Both the position numbers and the translations under genes were made by a program. From a virus, in IMG/VR virus record IMGVR_UViG_3300042945_001784, positions 16,808 through 80,807 of that record: a stretch of DNA of 64,000 nt; one strand, given 5' to 3'. Positions 8,622 through 17,144 of the stretch are shown here, one piece after another. The stretch's first letter is position 1, and every line of letters starts with the position of its first letter. The notes beneath the pieces are model-generated. The model worked only from the letters and a program-made list of their open reading frames with translations, did no database searches and had not been told where the DNA came from.

Positions 8622-9931
8622 TAGCGGCTAATTTCCTCCCAATCTAGAGAAGCATGGATGTCTGCACCGCTAACATCAGATGCTGCAATTAAAGTCAGCT
8701 CGTAGGGTGTAGATGTAAAAGGTTCTCTTTCTAATTGGAAAGTAAAAAGAGCTTCCTTAAGAATGTCAACTGGAGTAGATCCTTGGTTAGCGCCAATGGT
8801 ATAACCGCTGGCTAAGATTCGTCCAGTTCCTTGGGTAAATCCTGTACCCGTAATGTTATATTCTACTGCAGAATTAGTTCCTGCACTAACCCACGTTCCG
8901 CCTGTTGTTGTACCACTTGCAACAACTCTCCAGTTATATGTTGCATTGTTTGTAATCCCAATCAATGAAAGAGCTGTCAAAATAACAATGGCATCTAAAC
9001 GATTAGGAGATGTTTTAAGCCGGATTGACGCCAGGGGGTAGTAGGTTCCTGCTGTTGTTAGGTCAACAGGAGTTGTAATTGGAGTACCAATTGCTTGTTG
9101 TACGCCCCTAAGTTCGTAGCCTCCTTCGGAAACAACAGAAGAACAAACTTGTTTTAATGTACTGTTACTTGCAGTTGTTCCTGTGTTTTCAATCTCATAG
9201 CGTAAAGGTAAAGATGCTGTTGTGATATAGGTTGAAGTAATTATATTGGCGTGATGGAAAGAATGGCAGTGAATAAATACACCATTGATAACAAAACCTA
9301 AGCGAACTGTTCCTAAACCAAGCCACTCAATATCCATCCAAAAGATCTGTGCTTTTGTAATATCAAGAGTCAGTCCTGAAAGACCTTCACCATCTAATTT
9401 ATCTACGTTCCAGTTACTCTGGGCTACACGTGTTTCTGTTACGGATCCAGTGACGCTGCTTCTTTCAACAAAAGATAAGGTTGAACCATTTAATTCAACG
9501 TAGATACCATTATCATTTCCAAAGTATCCAACACGTTGACGTAAATTTTGTTTTGCAGGATTGAATACAAAAGTATTTAATACAAGAAGACTTTTACCTG
9601 GTTGGTATGAGAAAACCTTAGTAGTTTCTCGATATACTTTTGATCCTGACGTTGTTGTTACGTTTAAATTAACTAAACCTTCGCTAGTACTGAACGATGT
9701 TGTCCCACCACTTGCTGTATTTATTGCCCACAAACCATTATCGTTATAGCGATGGCTAGAATCAAACAAAGTTAAGGGTTGTGACATCCTTAACCGTCCA
9801 AAAGCATCACTTGCTATTGAACTGCCTCCACCTGATGGAGCTGTTATCGCTACATTTAGTACCTGATCATCAGGATTTAGTACTTTGACAACCTCATAAA
9901 GATTGTCATCTCTTTCAATAACGGTTGCCAT
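8621..9931 (-). CDS. Probable virion structural protein
   Basis: Thr/Ser-rich beta protein with 'DAFGRLRMSQPLTLFDS' and 'YQPGKS...WLGLGTVR.GF' motifs common in phage structural genes. Confidence 0.65.
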   Translation of the reverse strand: MATVIERDDNLYEVVKVLNPDDQVLNVAITAPSGGGSSIASDAFGRLRMSQPLTLFDSSHRYNDNGLWAINTASGGTTSFSTSEGLVNLNVTTTSGSKVYRETTKVFSYQPGKSLLVLNTFVFNPAKQNLRQRVGYFGNDNGIYVELNGSTLSFVERSSVTGSVTETRVAQSNWNVDKLDGEGLSGLTLDITKAQIFWMDIEWLGLGTVRLGFVINGVFIHCHSFHHANIITSTYITTASLPLRYEIENTGTTASNSTLKQVCSSVVSEGGYELRGVQQAIGTPITTPVDLTTAGTYYPLASIRLKTSPNRLDAIVILTALSLIGITNNATYNWRVVASGTTTGGTWVSAGTNSAVEYNITGTGFTQGTGRILASGYTIGANQGSTPVDILKEALFTFQLEREPFTSTPYELTLIAASDVSGADIHASLDWEEISR

Positions 9932-9933
9932 GA

Positions 9934-10272
9934 TTACTGCGCCGAGAAGCTAAGACGTACAATAGCATTTGTTCCGCCAGTTTCTTTGTAGAAGTTAGCG
10001 CGAACAAATTTCACAGGGATGTTGCTGGCTTTATAAACAAAGGTTCCGTTCTCAGTTATGGTATTTGAAATGATGGGTCCGTAGTGCGTTCCATCAATGC
10101 TGCCATCCAGTCGAACAACAACATTTGTATCAATATTGCTGACGGTAGCTACCAAAGAATAATTCTTGGTGGAGAAGTAATTGTTTTCATACACAGACAC
10201 AGGTGGCGTTGTTCCAGGCGCTGTTAGCTCTCCTGCGTTAAAGAACAACGTGTCCTGAAAATACGTAACCAC
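9934..10272 (-). CDS. Probable structural protein
   Basis: 112-aa beta-rich ORF ('VVVRLDGSIDG'). Confidence 0.55.
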   Translation of the reverse strand: MVTYFQDTLFFNAGELTAPGTTPPVSVYENNYFSTKNYSLVATVSNIDTNVVVRLDGSIDGTHYGPIISNTITENGTFVYKASNIPVKFVRANFYKETGGTNAIVRLSFSAQ

Positions 10273-10341
10273 TTCTTAAGACTCTTTTCTCCTTGCCATT
10301 CTAGAAGAAGTAAGTACAGTACACACGGTGCCCACCTTCTC

Positions 10342-10518
10342 ATGGAACCCCAACGCATCAGTGCTATTAAAGCCTCCCTGTACGACATGTCCATGGAGGA
10401 ACTTCAAGATATGAGCGATGATCTCAGCGATCTCATCTCAGTCTTAATCACGCGCCAGGTAGCAATCGAAGATGCCATCTTGGATCGCCTTGAAGCAGCT
10501 TTTGCAAAACAGGCATGA
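10342..10518 (+). CDS. Hypothetical protein (58 aa)
   Basis: MEPQRISAIKASLYDMSMEELQ...; ATGA overlap with the deaminase gene. Confidence 0.55.
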   Translation: MEPQRISAIKASLYDMSMEELQDMSDDLSDLISVLITRQVAIEDAILDRLEAAFAKQA

Positions 10519-10970
10519 ACCCTGAAGAGCATAAGTGGCACCAGCGTTTTACCTTGTTGGCTAGGCAAGTCGCCAGCTGGAGTAAAGATCCATCCACTCA
10601 AGTTGGTTGTGTACTAACCAACAACAAAAAAGTTTTAAGTGTTGGATATAACGGATTTCCTAAGAACATTAGTGATGACCTAAACCGACTCATTGATCGT
10701 GAGCAAAAGTATGAAATCACTGTTCATGCTGAAGTTAATGCAGTCACAACAGCTGCACTTCACGGTGTCAGTACTGAAGGCGCTAACGCTTACATTACTT
10801 TCAATCCATGCTCTCGCTGTGCTGCTGTACTTATCAACGCAGGTATTAATGCCATCTATGTGGATGGCGGTTCCGAAATCCCTGAGCGTTGGTTAGAAAA
10901 CTTCATACTGGCCAGCAAAATTCTTGCTGAAGCCGGGGTAGAGTACCACACCATTGATCCCACTTCCTAA
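10515..10970 (+). CDS. dCMP deaminase
   Basis: SKDPSTQVG, GYNGFP, HAEVNA and PCSRC zinc-binding motifs. Confidence 0.92.
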   Translation: MNPEEHKWHQRFTLLARQVASWSKDPSTQVGCVLTNNKKVLSVGYNGFPKNISDDLNRLIDREQKYEITVHAEVNAVTTAALHGVSTEGANAYITFNPCSRCAAVLINAGINAIYVDGGSEIPERWLENFILASKILAEAGVEYHTIDPTS

Positions 10971-10972
10971 TC

Positions 10973-11722
10973 ATGAACAATCTGCTTGCCACTGGTATTT
11001 ATGCCGGTGAGAAATTTATGGATAATGGTTTGCGTTTTGTGCAAATCAATCTTCCAAAGGTAGGTAATTCAGGTGCACAAGTTCCTCTACTTGTTGTACC
11101 TAATAAAGCTGCAGGTGAAACCTTTGATGTGTTTCAACCTGGTGCAACATTATTAGTTGGAGGTCGGTTGTATCCCAACCGTCAAGATTACAAGATGTAC
11201 TTGGTTCCTAACCAGGTGTTTCAGATTGCTCCCCCTAACCTCGTAGTTAATCAGGTTAATCTTGCTGGTGGTGTGGGATTTATTCCAGAACAAAACAAGG
11301 AAGATCTGTTTACTTTCTCGCTGATGTGCTCAGCTCCAGCGCAGCAGATCCTTGGCCACACTTGGGATGACAGCCTTGCGTTCCGCATGGAAGCATGGGG
11401 TGATGATGCTAAGCGCATGACTGCAAACCTCCATGTGGGACGGCAGATCGCTGTGTCTGGCGTGCTCCGCTACAACACCTGGACCACACAGGATGGTCAG
11501 CAGCGTGGTATGTATCAGGTCCGCGTGAAGAGTGGTACCTATGCCTTCTTTGGTAAGAACAAGAAGAAGGAAGAACAGAATGAGCTGCGGGCTGTCAACA
11601 CTGGCAATCGGTTTGAGTCGCCAGCAGCTGTAACAGCGGAGCCTTATCAGTCCTCTGTGCAACTGCCTCCTTTGCAGCAGGACGTACCAGCCGGTATCAA
11701 CGGTGACGATGTTCCTTTCTGA
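10973..11722 (+). CDS. ssb: Single-stranded DNA-binding protein (apparently two OB folds)
   Basis: 'EAWGDDAKRM...LHVGRQIAVSGVLRYNTW' OB fold and acidic C-terminal tail DDVPF. Confidence 0.8.
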   Translation: MNNLLATGIYAGEKFMDNGLRFVQINLPKVGNSGAQVPLLVVPNKAAGETFDVFQPGATLLVGGRLYPNRQDYKMYLVPNQVFQIAPPNLVVNQVNLAGGVGFIPEQNKEDLFTFSLMCSAPAQQILGHTWDDSLAFRMEAWGDDAKRMTANLHVGRQIAVSGVLRYNTWTTQDGQQRGMYQVRVKSGTYAFFGKNKKKEEQNELRAVNTGNRFESPAAVTAEPYQSSVQLPPLQQDVPAGINGDDVPF

Positions 11723-11792
11723 TAAGAAAAAGTAATACGTAACAATGAATTCAATCCATCTGCCTTAGCTAAGGTAGGGGAGGCGAAGAACC

Positions 11793-11821
11793 AAGGGTTG
11801 CAGGTGCTACTGCAACCTTTT
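11793..11821 (+). terminator. Hairpin followed by a T tract, possible intrinsic terminator or processing hairpin
   Basis: AAGGGTTGCAG-GTGCTA-CTGCAACCTTTT. Confidence 0.45.
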
Positions 11822-11824
11822 CAT

Positions 11825-11886
11825 CCTCAGGTCAGCGCCAGTGGAGCCAACCCGTTGTGCAGGTGCAACTCCTGCTCTGAGGACCA
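11825..11886 (+). ncRNA. Miniature tRNA-like RNA lacking an anticodon loop
   Basis: Acceptor stem CCTCAGG/TCTGAGG + A + CCA; T arm GCAGG-TGCAACT-CCTGC; reduced D arm containing AGTGG; only CAA-CCCG-TTG in the anticodon position. Confidence 0.6.
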
Positions 11887-11905
11887 TCCAAACGCAACGA
11901 ACGTA

Positions 11906-12829
11906 ATGTCTGTACTGGACCGCTACCTTAATATTGAGAAGTACCAGGGTGTCCTGCGTGACTTCTGCAACTGCCAGATCCTGAATGACAAGAGCCAGTG
12001 CGGTCTCTTTCTGAAGGACACTGTGCTGGCCCGTATTGGGTGGACTGGTACTCCCGATCAATTCCCTGATGCTGAGGAGTATGAGCACACCTACAACAAC
12101 GGTGACAGCAACAAAGGAATCTTCTTTAAGACTCCCCGCATGGTAGTGCTGCACTGCGGTTTCAGGAAAGATGTCACCTTTATCGAGAACTCCGAGAAGG
12201 GTGGCATCGAAGGAATCTATCCTCGTGATTCGTTTCTTTATGACGATTGGCAAGAGAAGAATCCTAACAAGCCTTCGCCTTACAAGCGTCGTCGCCTTGT
12301 TCTGATCTTCCTTGTCAATGAGAAAGGCACTCCGGTTCACAAGAAACCGCTGCTCCTTTCCATCCACGGTGGTGCTTCCAACCTGTTTACCGATGCTTAC
12401 GGCACTTTCATCGAGCAGCTGGAGTCTGCTTTTGCTGAATTTGCTGGGCTGAAAGGCGGTGCTGGCTTTGACCCCAAGCAAGCAGCTGCTGCAATCTTCA
12501 CTCCCACCTTTGGTTCTCAGCTTTATGGTGAGAACAACAAGAGCTGGATTGCGTTCCCTAAGCAATGGGTTGTTCCCACGGTCAAGAACATCGAGTCCTT
12601 CTTCCCCAAGGGTGACGATGATATTGACTTCATTGAGGAAGTGTGGGAAACCTGCCCGCCTGAGGTGTATGCCAAGTCCTTCTTCCAGCAATGTGAAAAG
12701 GAGATTGGCTACCACGCCATCAAGCCTGGCCTGGATTTCTCCCTGCCTCCTGTTGAATCGTCTGGATCCAGTGCTCGTGTGCTGACCGGCGCACGGGATC
12801 CTGAGACCGGAGAGATCAGCCTGGATTGA
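11906..12829 (+). CDS. DUF5895-like protein of the replication/recombination module
   Basis: 'CQILN...GLFL...IGW...KTPRMVV...LIFLVNEKGTPVHKKPLLLSIHG' resembles cyanobacterial DUF5895; strong codon bias; true start likely ATG 11906. Confidence 0.55.
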   Translation: MSVLDRYLNIEKYQGVLRDFCNCQILNDKSQCGLFLKDTVLARIGWTGTPDQFPDAEEYEHTYNNGDSNKGIFFKTPRMVVLHCGFRKDVTFIENSEKGGIEGIYPRDSFLYDDWQEKNPNKPSPYKRRRLVLIFLVNEKGTPVHKKPLLLSIHGGASNLFTDAYGTFIEQLESAFAEFAGLKGGAGFDPKQAAAAIFTPTFGSQLYGENNKSWIAFPKQWVVPTVKNIESFFPKGDDDIDFIEEVWETCPPEVYAKSFFQQCEKEIGYHAIKPGLDFSLPPVESSGSSARVLTGARDPETGEISLD

Positions 12830-12852
12830 TCTAGACTGCTCCTGGAATGTTC

Positions 12853-12878
12853 AACCGCTCCTTCGGGGGCGGTTTTTT
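12853..12878 (+). terminator. Rho-independent terminator
   Basis: AACCGCTCC-TTCG-GGGGCGGTT-TTTT between convergent genes. Confidence 0.85.
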
Positions 12879-13131
12879 ATTCTTCGTAATAGGTCTTGAT
12901 CACATCTGCCTCCAGGTTGGCAAGCCGTGCGATTAAATTTCTAATGATGGCCTGGCGTTGTACAGATAGCTGAAGAAGTTTCAGTGCTCCTGCTCTTAAA
13001 ACATCTGGATCAGTAACAGCTTCTAATTCCTTTGCAATCTTTGCTTGAAGAAACTCATCTTCTAAAGAAAGATTAAAGTCATCAGGGCTGAACTTAAATT
13101 CAATTAATTCAAAGCCAGACATTATTGACAT
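12877..13131 (-). CDS. Hypothetical protein
   Basis: 84-aa helical ORF ('LSLEDEF'). Confidence 0.55.
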   Translation of the reverse strand: MSIMSGFELIEFKFSPDDFNLSLEDEFLQAKIAKELEAVTDPDVLRAGALKLLQLSVQRQAIIRNLIARLANLEADVIKTYYEE

Positions 13132-13246
13132 GGCATAATGTTCAGTCTAAACATTCAACATTTAATGTCAAGTAATCATTGTTACTGTGCTTGACACCAC
13201 AGGCTAAGAACCTAGACTGCCACTGGCTTCTCAGCTCTCAGCTACA

Positions 13247-13378
13247 ATGGCAAAGAAATCCTTAACAGGAACCATTCACAAAGAGTCCGTGCCCAAGCGG
13301 ACCTCTATTGGTCATGGCCGACGCAAGCGTGGCTCATTTAAAAAATCTAAAGCCTATCGCGGGCAAGGAAAAGGTTGA
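13247..13378 (+). CDS. Small basic protein ending YRGQGKG
   Basis: MAKKSLTG...KRTSIGHG...KAYRGQGKG, a widespread small phage protein type. Confidence 0.7.
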   Translation: MAKKSLTGTIHKESVPKRTSIGHGRRKRGSFKKSKAYRGQGKG

Positions 13379-13433
13379 TTTCTAGACCTGGAGTAAGTCT
13401 TAAAACTGCTCCTGCACACACCACCTGACCGTA

Positions 13434-14306
13434 ATGACCGTAACTGAAGCGCTACTTTCTGATGCTCAACGTCTTGTGTATGGACGTAGAAGAATTATTG
13501 ATGCTCTTTATCAAGAAGATCCAGATAAATTCAAAGTTCTACAAGCCACTGATATTCAATCTATTTCACTTGAAGATGATCTGGTTTGTTTACAGTTAAC
13601 TGACACCCAACTCTATATAGAGAGGGCAAAAATCCTTAAAAATTTCTGGGAGCACCGCACGCGCACCCCTTCCTACTTTGATTACAAGGTTTGGAGCCAG
13701 GCATTGAGCAGTCGTCCTTGGCAAGGAACACCTGTTGCAGCATTGGATTACGGTCCGTCCCAAGCCATTGATGCGCTGGAGCCTTTGCTGGGACGCCCGC
13801 CCCGGATTCAAACAGACCGTGATGGAGTACAGAAGTTGTACTTTGTCATGGAGAAAGAAGAGATGTGCAGCTGTGAATCATGGAATCAAATGCATGTCCA
13901 CAGGCATGAACTTTCCGATGAGTTCTCTACTTATACCGACATAAAATTTAAGCCCATTTGTAAACATTTACAATGGTGTTCTGCCAACATGATGCTTCAT
14001 GCAATTCGGTTTGAATCCAGGCAGAGCGATAAAGAATACAATCCAAGAATGTGTGTTTACTATTTTGATCATCGTCGCGGTTTGTTACTGTATCGCGTTA
14101 CTTATGACGGCGTAAAAACAGGTGGTCAATGGTTACCCGTTGGTGGTTGGAAAGAAAAAGCTGTCTATGACAGTAACCACATGCCAACCGGAGCTTGCTG
14201 GCAAACCTTTACGGATGCGCTGACCCAAGATCCACCTTTTAAACTTTCACTCTATTCTCATAGCCTGGGTGCATTGATGAACAGCACCCGCGCTAAACAG
14301 TCCTGA
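13434..14306 (+). CDS. SWIM zinc-finger protein
   Basis: CSCES ... PICKHL (CxC-Xn-CxH). Confidence 0.65.
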   Translation: MTVTEALLSDAQRLVYGRRRIIDALYQEDPDKFKVLQATDIQSISLEDDLVCLQLTDTQLYIERAKILKNFWEHRTRTPSYFDYKVWSQALSSRPWQGTPVAALDYGPSQAIDALEPLLGRPPRIQTDRDGVQKLYFVMEKEEMCSCESWNQMHVHRHELSDEFSTYTDIKFKPICKHLQWCSANMMLHAIRFESRQSDKEYNPRMCVYYFDHRRGLLLYRVTYDGVKTGGQWLPVGGWKEKAVYDSNHMPTGACWQTFTDALTQDPPFKLSLYSHSLGALMNSTRAKQS

Positions 14307-14330
14307 TTGCACACCACGACATTACTCACC

Positions 14331-14927
14331 ATGGCTGACAAGCTTTCCCTGATCCAAATTGCTGAATCCATCCAGCACATCAGCTTTTTGAAGGATATGC
14401 CTGACATCCCTGAGGATGAGCGGGCCATGCTGGAGCAGCACCTTCACGATCTGGCTTCTCGCCAGGAGTCCAAGTTTGATGCCATCATCGGCATGATTAA
14501 AAAGTGTGATGCTTATATTGAAGCATTACAAACAGAGATGGATGAGATCAAACAAAACCTAGATGCATGGAAAAAGAACCGGGAAAAGATGGTTTCTATT
14601 GTTAAGTTTGCTTATCAACAGAATCTGATTGATAACAAGCCAACTGGTACTAAATATCAAGCTACGATTCGTAGAGTTAAGCCACGTCTTGTAGATAACT
14701 TTGAACACTGGGAGGAGGAAGATAAGACTGAGTTTGGTTTGCGTAAGACCACGACAATAACGCGCATTAAAGACAACACTGTTGTAGATGTAAAGCAAGA
14801 GGATTTACCTGATAAAGATCGGGTGCGTGATGCACTTGCTACAGATGACGGTTCAGCGCCAGCAGCAGCTCAACTTGTTCCTGGATTCTCCTTTGTTTAT
14901 GAGCGTTGTAAAAGGTTAAGTACCTGA
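14331..14927 (+). CDS. Siphovirus Gp157-like coiled-coil protein
   Basis: 'ESKFDAIIGMIKKCDAYIEALQTEMDEIK' coiled coil and 'PDKDRVRDAL...AQLV' C-terminus. Confidence 0.6.
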   Translation: MADKLSLIQIAESIQHISFLKDMPDIPEDERAMLEQHLHDLASRQESKFDAIIGMIKKCDAYIEALQTEMDEIKQNLDAWKKNREKMVSIVKFAYQQNLIDNKPTGTKYQATIRRVKPRLVDNFEHWEEEDKTEFGLRKTTTITRIKDNTVVDVKQEDLPDKDRVRDALATDDGSAPAAAQLVPGFSFVYERCKRLST

Positions 14928-14969
14928 TCACACTTTTAAGTTCCAACAACAACAACAACAAATTCAACA

Positions 14970-15317
14970 ATGACTCAAGAACACCCGATTACACCGCCCC
15001 CTGAGCTGGTGGAAAAGTGGCTGGAGAACACTTGCTCGCATGACTGCATCGGAGCTTACCCGGCGAACTACGAGCAGCTCATCTGCACCCAAGCCGCCCG
15101 CTGGGGCGCTGATCAGGAGCTGGAGGCGTGCTGTGAGTGGCTTAAAGCCAAAGAGTGGATTCACCACGAATTCAGCGACGAACTCCGCGCCGCCCGTCGC
15201 CCCAAGCCGCCGAGCTTGAAGGAGCAAGCGCTTGCAGTTTTAGACGACGCCTCAGATCGTCTTGATGCTGCTCACGAAAACATCATCCGCCGCGCACTGG
15301 AGCAACTCGATGGCTGA
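14970..15317 (+). CDS. Paralog family A mini-protein, copy 1
   Basis: HPITPPPEL...QAARWGADQELEACCEWL...RRPKPPSLKEQAL...IIRRALEQL. Confidence 0.75.
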   Translation: MTQEHPITPPPELVEKWLENTCSHDCIGAYPANYEQLICTQAARWGADQELEACCEWLKAKEWIHHEFSDELRAARRPKPPSLKEQALAVLDDASDRLDAAHENIIRRALEQLDG

Positions 15318-15831
15318 TTACACAGCAACGCCCAAGCAATGGGCCGAAATAGCGCATTGGTCTGATGAATACGGCTACGCTCCTCAAACCTGCATCCTTG
15401 AACTCCGCGCCAGGGTCAAGACGCTAGAAGATACGGTTCAAAAGCACATTGTCGAAACGAATTCAAACATTGTGGCTTTATTTAGCCGGGTTGAATCGTT
15501 AGAAGCTGCTGAACGCCAAGCATCAAAAGTCCACCAGATCAGCAAACCTCTGAAACTTACTGCAAAGCAACAGGCAGAGTTAAAGGCATTGCTGACGCCC
15601 GATTTTAGGGTTGGCATGACGCCAACTTCTACTTCAAACCAAGTTGGTAATTCGCTGGTGAATCAGGTAGCCCGTGCCATCGGTCGAGACGATGAACCCA
15701 TCAACTGGGAGGAAGAAGCCCGCGCTGCGATCCGCACGGTGGCCTTGTGGCTTAACGAAACTCCCTTTGATCTCTACCCCGGTGATCGCGGCATCATTGT
15801 CAATGCTCTTTATGACCAAGTAAATCAATGA
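15310..15831 (+). CDS. Modular hypothetical protein
   Basis: MADYTATPKQW...CILELRARV coiled coil plus a 'LVNQVARAI...EARAAIRTVALWL' module. Confidence 0.65.
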   Translation: MADYTATPKQWAEIAHWSDEYGYAPQTCILELRARVKTLEDTVQKHIVETNSNIVALFSRVESLEAAERQASKVHQISKPLKLTAKQQAELKALLTPDFRVGMTPTSTSNQVGNSLVNQVARAIGRDDEPINWEEEARAAIRTVALWLNETPFDLYPGDRGIIVNALYDQVNQ

Positions 15832-16010
15832 CTGACTTCAAATTTGTGCCACTAAACAGCCTTGAGAATCGCCTCGGTGATGCTCTTGGCCTTGCCATTG
15901 CCATGATCCGCGATCCAAGCGCCGTGGACAACAAAGCCATGGCTCAGATCGAGGCGCCATTCAAGGAATGGTGTGATGCTCTCGTTGATGGAGGTCTACT
16001 CAATGACTGA
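15828..16010 (+). CDS. Hypothetical protein
   Basis: Coupled ORF beginning at an ATGACTGA junction. Confidence 0.6.
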   Translation: MTDFKFVPLNSLENRLGDALGLAIAMIRDPSAVDNKAMAQIEAPFKEWCDALVDGGLLND

Positions 16011-16242
16011 CACCACCCCACTGAGCCCCGCCGCGCAGGCAGTGCTGGATGCCCTGCACACAGAAAACTCAACGGGTCCAGAGCGGTATTGGGCTCGTGC
16101 CAATGCCGTTGCCGCCCTGCGTGCTGCTGCGGATCAAGTAGTGCCAAAGTTTTGGCATGAGGACAACGACATTTACGGTGAAACAATGCAAGACGTGCGT
16201 CAAAACCTCCTCGCCATCGCCGCCGAGCTTGAAGCCCAGTAG
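16003..16242 (+). CDS. Hypothetical protein (family B, LSPAAQAVLDA...IAAELEAQ)
   Basis: Coupled start; its TAG stop lies inside a CCCAGTAGTC site. Confidence 0.7.
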   Translation: MTDTTPLSPAAQAVLDALHTENSTGPERYWARANAVAALRAAADQVVPKFWHEDNDIYGETMQDVRQNLLAIAAELEAQ

Positions 16243-16254
16243 TCAACATCACTA

Positions 16255-16428
16255 ATGCTCAAAGACATCACACGCTGTCACGGCACAGGCTGCCCCGCAA
16301 AGCAACATTGCCTCAGACACACTGCACCAATCCCAGACAATGTTCTCCTGTCATGGGCGGCAAACCTCAACTACGAGCGAGCGCACATCTGCGCTTACTA
16401 CATGCCCGCTACGCCCAAGACCCAGTAG
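16255..16428 (+). CDS. Small Cys-rich protein (57 aa), absent from the ORF track
   Basis: MLKDITRCHGTGCPAKQHCLRHTA...ICAYYMPATPKTQ; widespread 'DIT.C.G..CP....C.R' phage pattern. Confidence 0.75.
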   Translation: MLKDITRCHGTGCPAKQHCLRHTAPIPDNVLLSWAANLNYERAHICAYYMPATPKTQ

Positions 16429-16445
16429 TCCGATCAACTAACACC

Positions 16446-17144
16446 ATGACTGACCAATTTGTTAGCGCCAACAAAATGGTGCCGCCACGTGAGATTATTG
16501 AACAATGGGCTAATGAAAAGGATTACGACGAACGCGATTGGCTTTACGAGATCCACATAGCAAACTGTGCTGCTGCGTGGGGTGCTAACCAGCAACTAAT
16601 TGCAGATGCAAAGTGGCTGGATCACAATGCCTTGAATGAACCTCACCTAAGGATCACCCCAGTGGGAGAATCATTGAAGGAAGCGATGCGTCCAAAAAGT
16701 ATAAAGGAGCGGGCATTACACGATCTTCATACTGCTTATAACGCGGATCAAATTGATGACCTTGGGAGAAATTCAATGACTAACCAACAACACCCGATCA
16801 CCCCACCGCCGGAGCTGGTAGAGCAGTGGCGCGATTTGCCCGAGTTCACCGATGGGCGGCGAAAGATGATCATGGTCACTCTTTCAAGAGAAAAACTTCT
16901 AGACATCGCCACTCAAGCCGCCCGCTGGGGCGCTGATCAGGAGCTGGAGGCGTGTTGCCATCTGCTGCGACAGCAGGGGTTTGACGTGGTTGACGACCTT
17001 CGCGCGACCCGCCGCCCAAAACTGCCATCATTGAAGGAGCAGGCCCTGAGCGAGTTGAACCTGACTGCTGATCCCAACGGAGCCGAACTTTCACGAACCC
17101 AGGTTGAACTTATCCGCCGCGCATTAGAGCAACTCAATGACTGA
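16446..17144 (+). CDS. In-frame tandem of two family A units (second ATG at 16776)
   Basis: Divergent unit (AAAWGANQQL...RPKSIKERAL) fused to a canonical unit (MTNQQHPITPPPEL...). Confidence 0.65.
   Translation: MTDQFVSANKMVPPREIIEQWANEKDYDERDWLYEIHIANCAAAWGANQQLIADAKWLDHNALNEPHLRITPVGESLKEAMRPKSIKERALHDLHTAYNADQIDDLGRNSMTNQQHPITPPPELVEQWRDLPEFTDGRRKMIMVTLSREKLLDIATQAARWGADQELEACCHLLRQQGFDVVDDLRATRRPKLPSLKEQALSELNLTADPNGAELSRTQVELIRRALEQLND

Noticed and set aside
11798-11905. N-terminal extension of the DUF5895-like ORF
   Set aside because: It runs through a hairpin and the tRNA-like element; ATG 11906 is the more plausible start.
11807-12715. 302-aa antisense ORF
   Set aside because: Mirror of the strongly codon-biased sense gene; no motifs or RBS, typical antisense shadow.
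15623-15652. Weak dyad ACTT-CAAACC-AAGT at a module junction in the 15310 gene
   Set aside because: Only a 4-bp perfect arm and a single copy; not distinguishable from chance here.
16308-16445. 5' part of the 278-aa ORF in the track
   Set aside because: Overlaps the better-supported Cys-rich gene 16255-16428 in another frame; real start is probably 16446.
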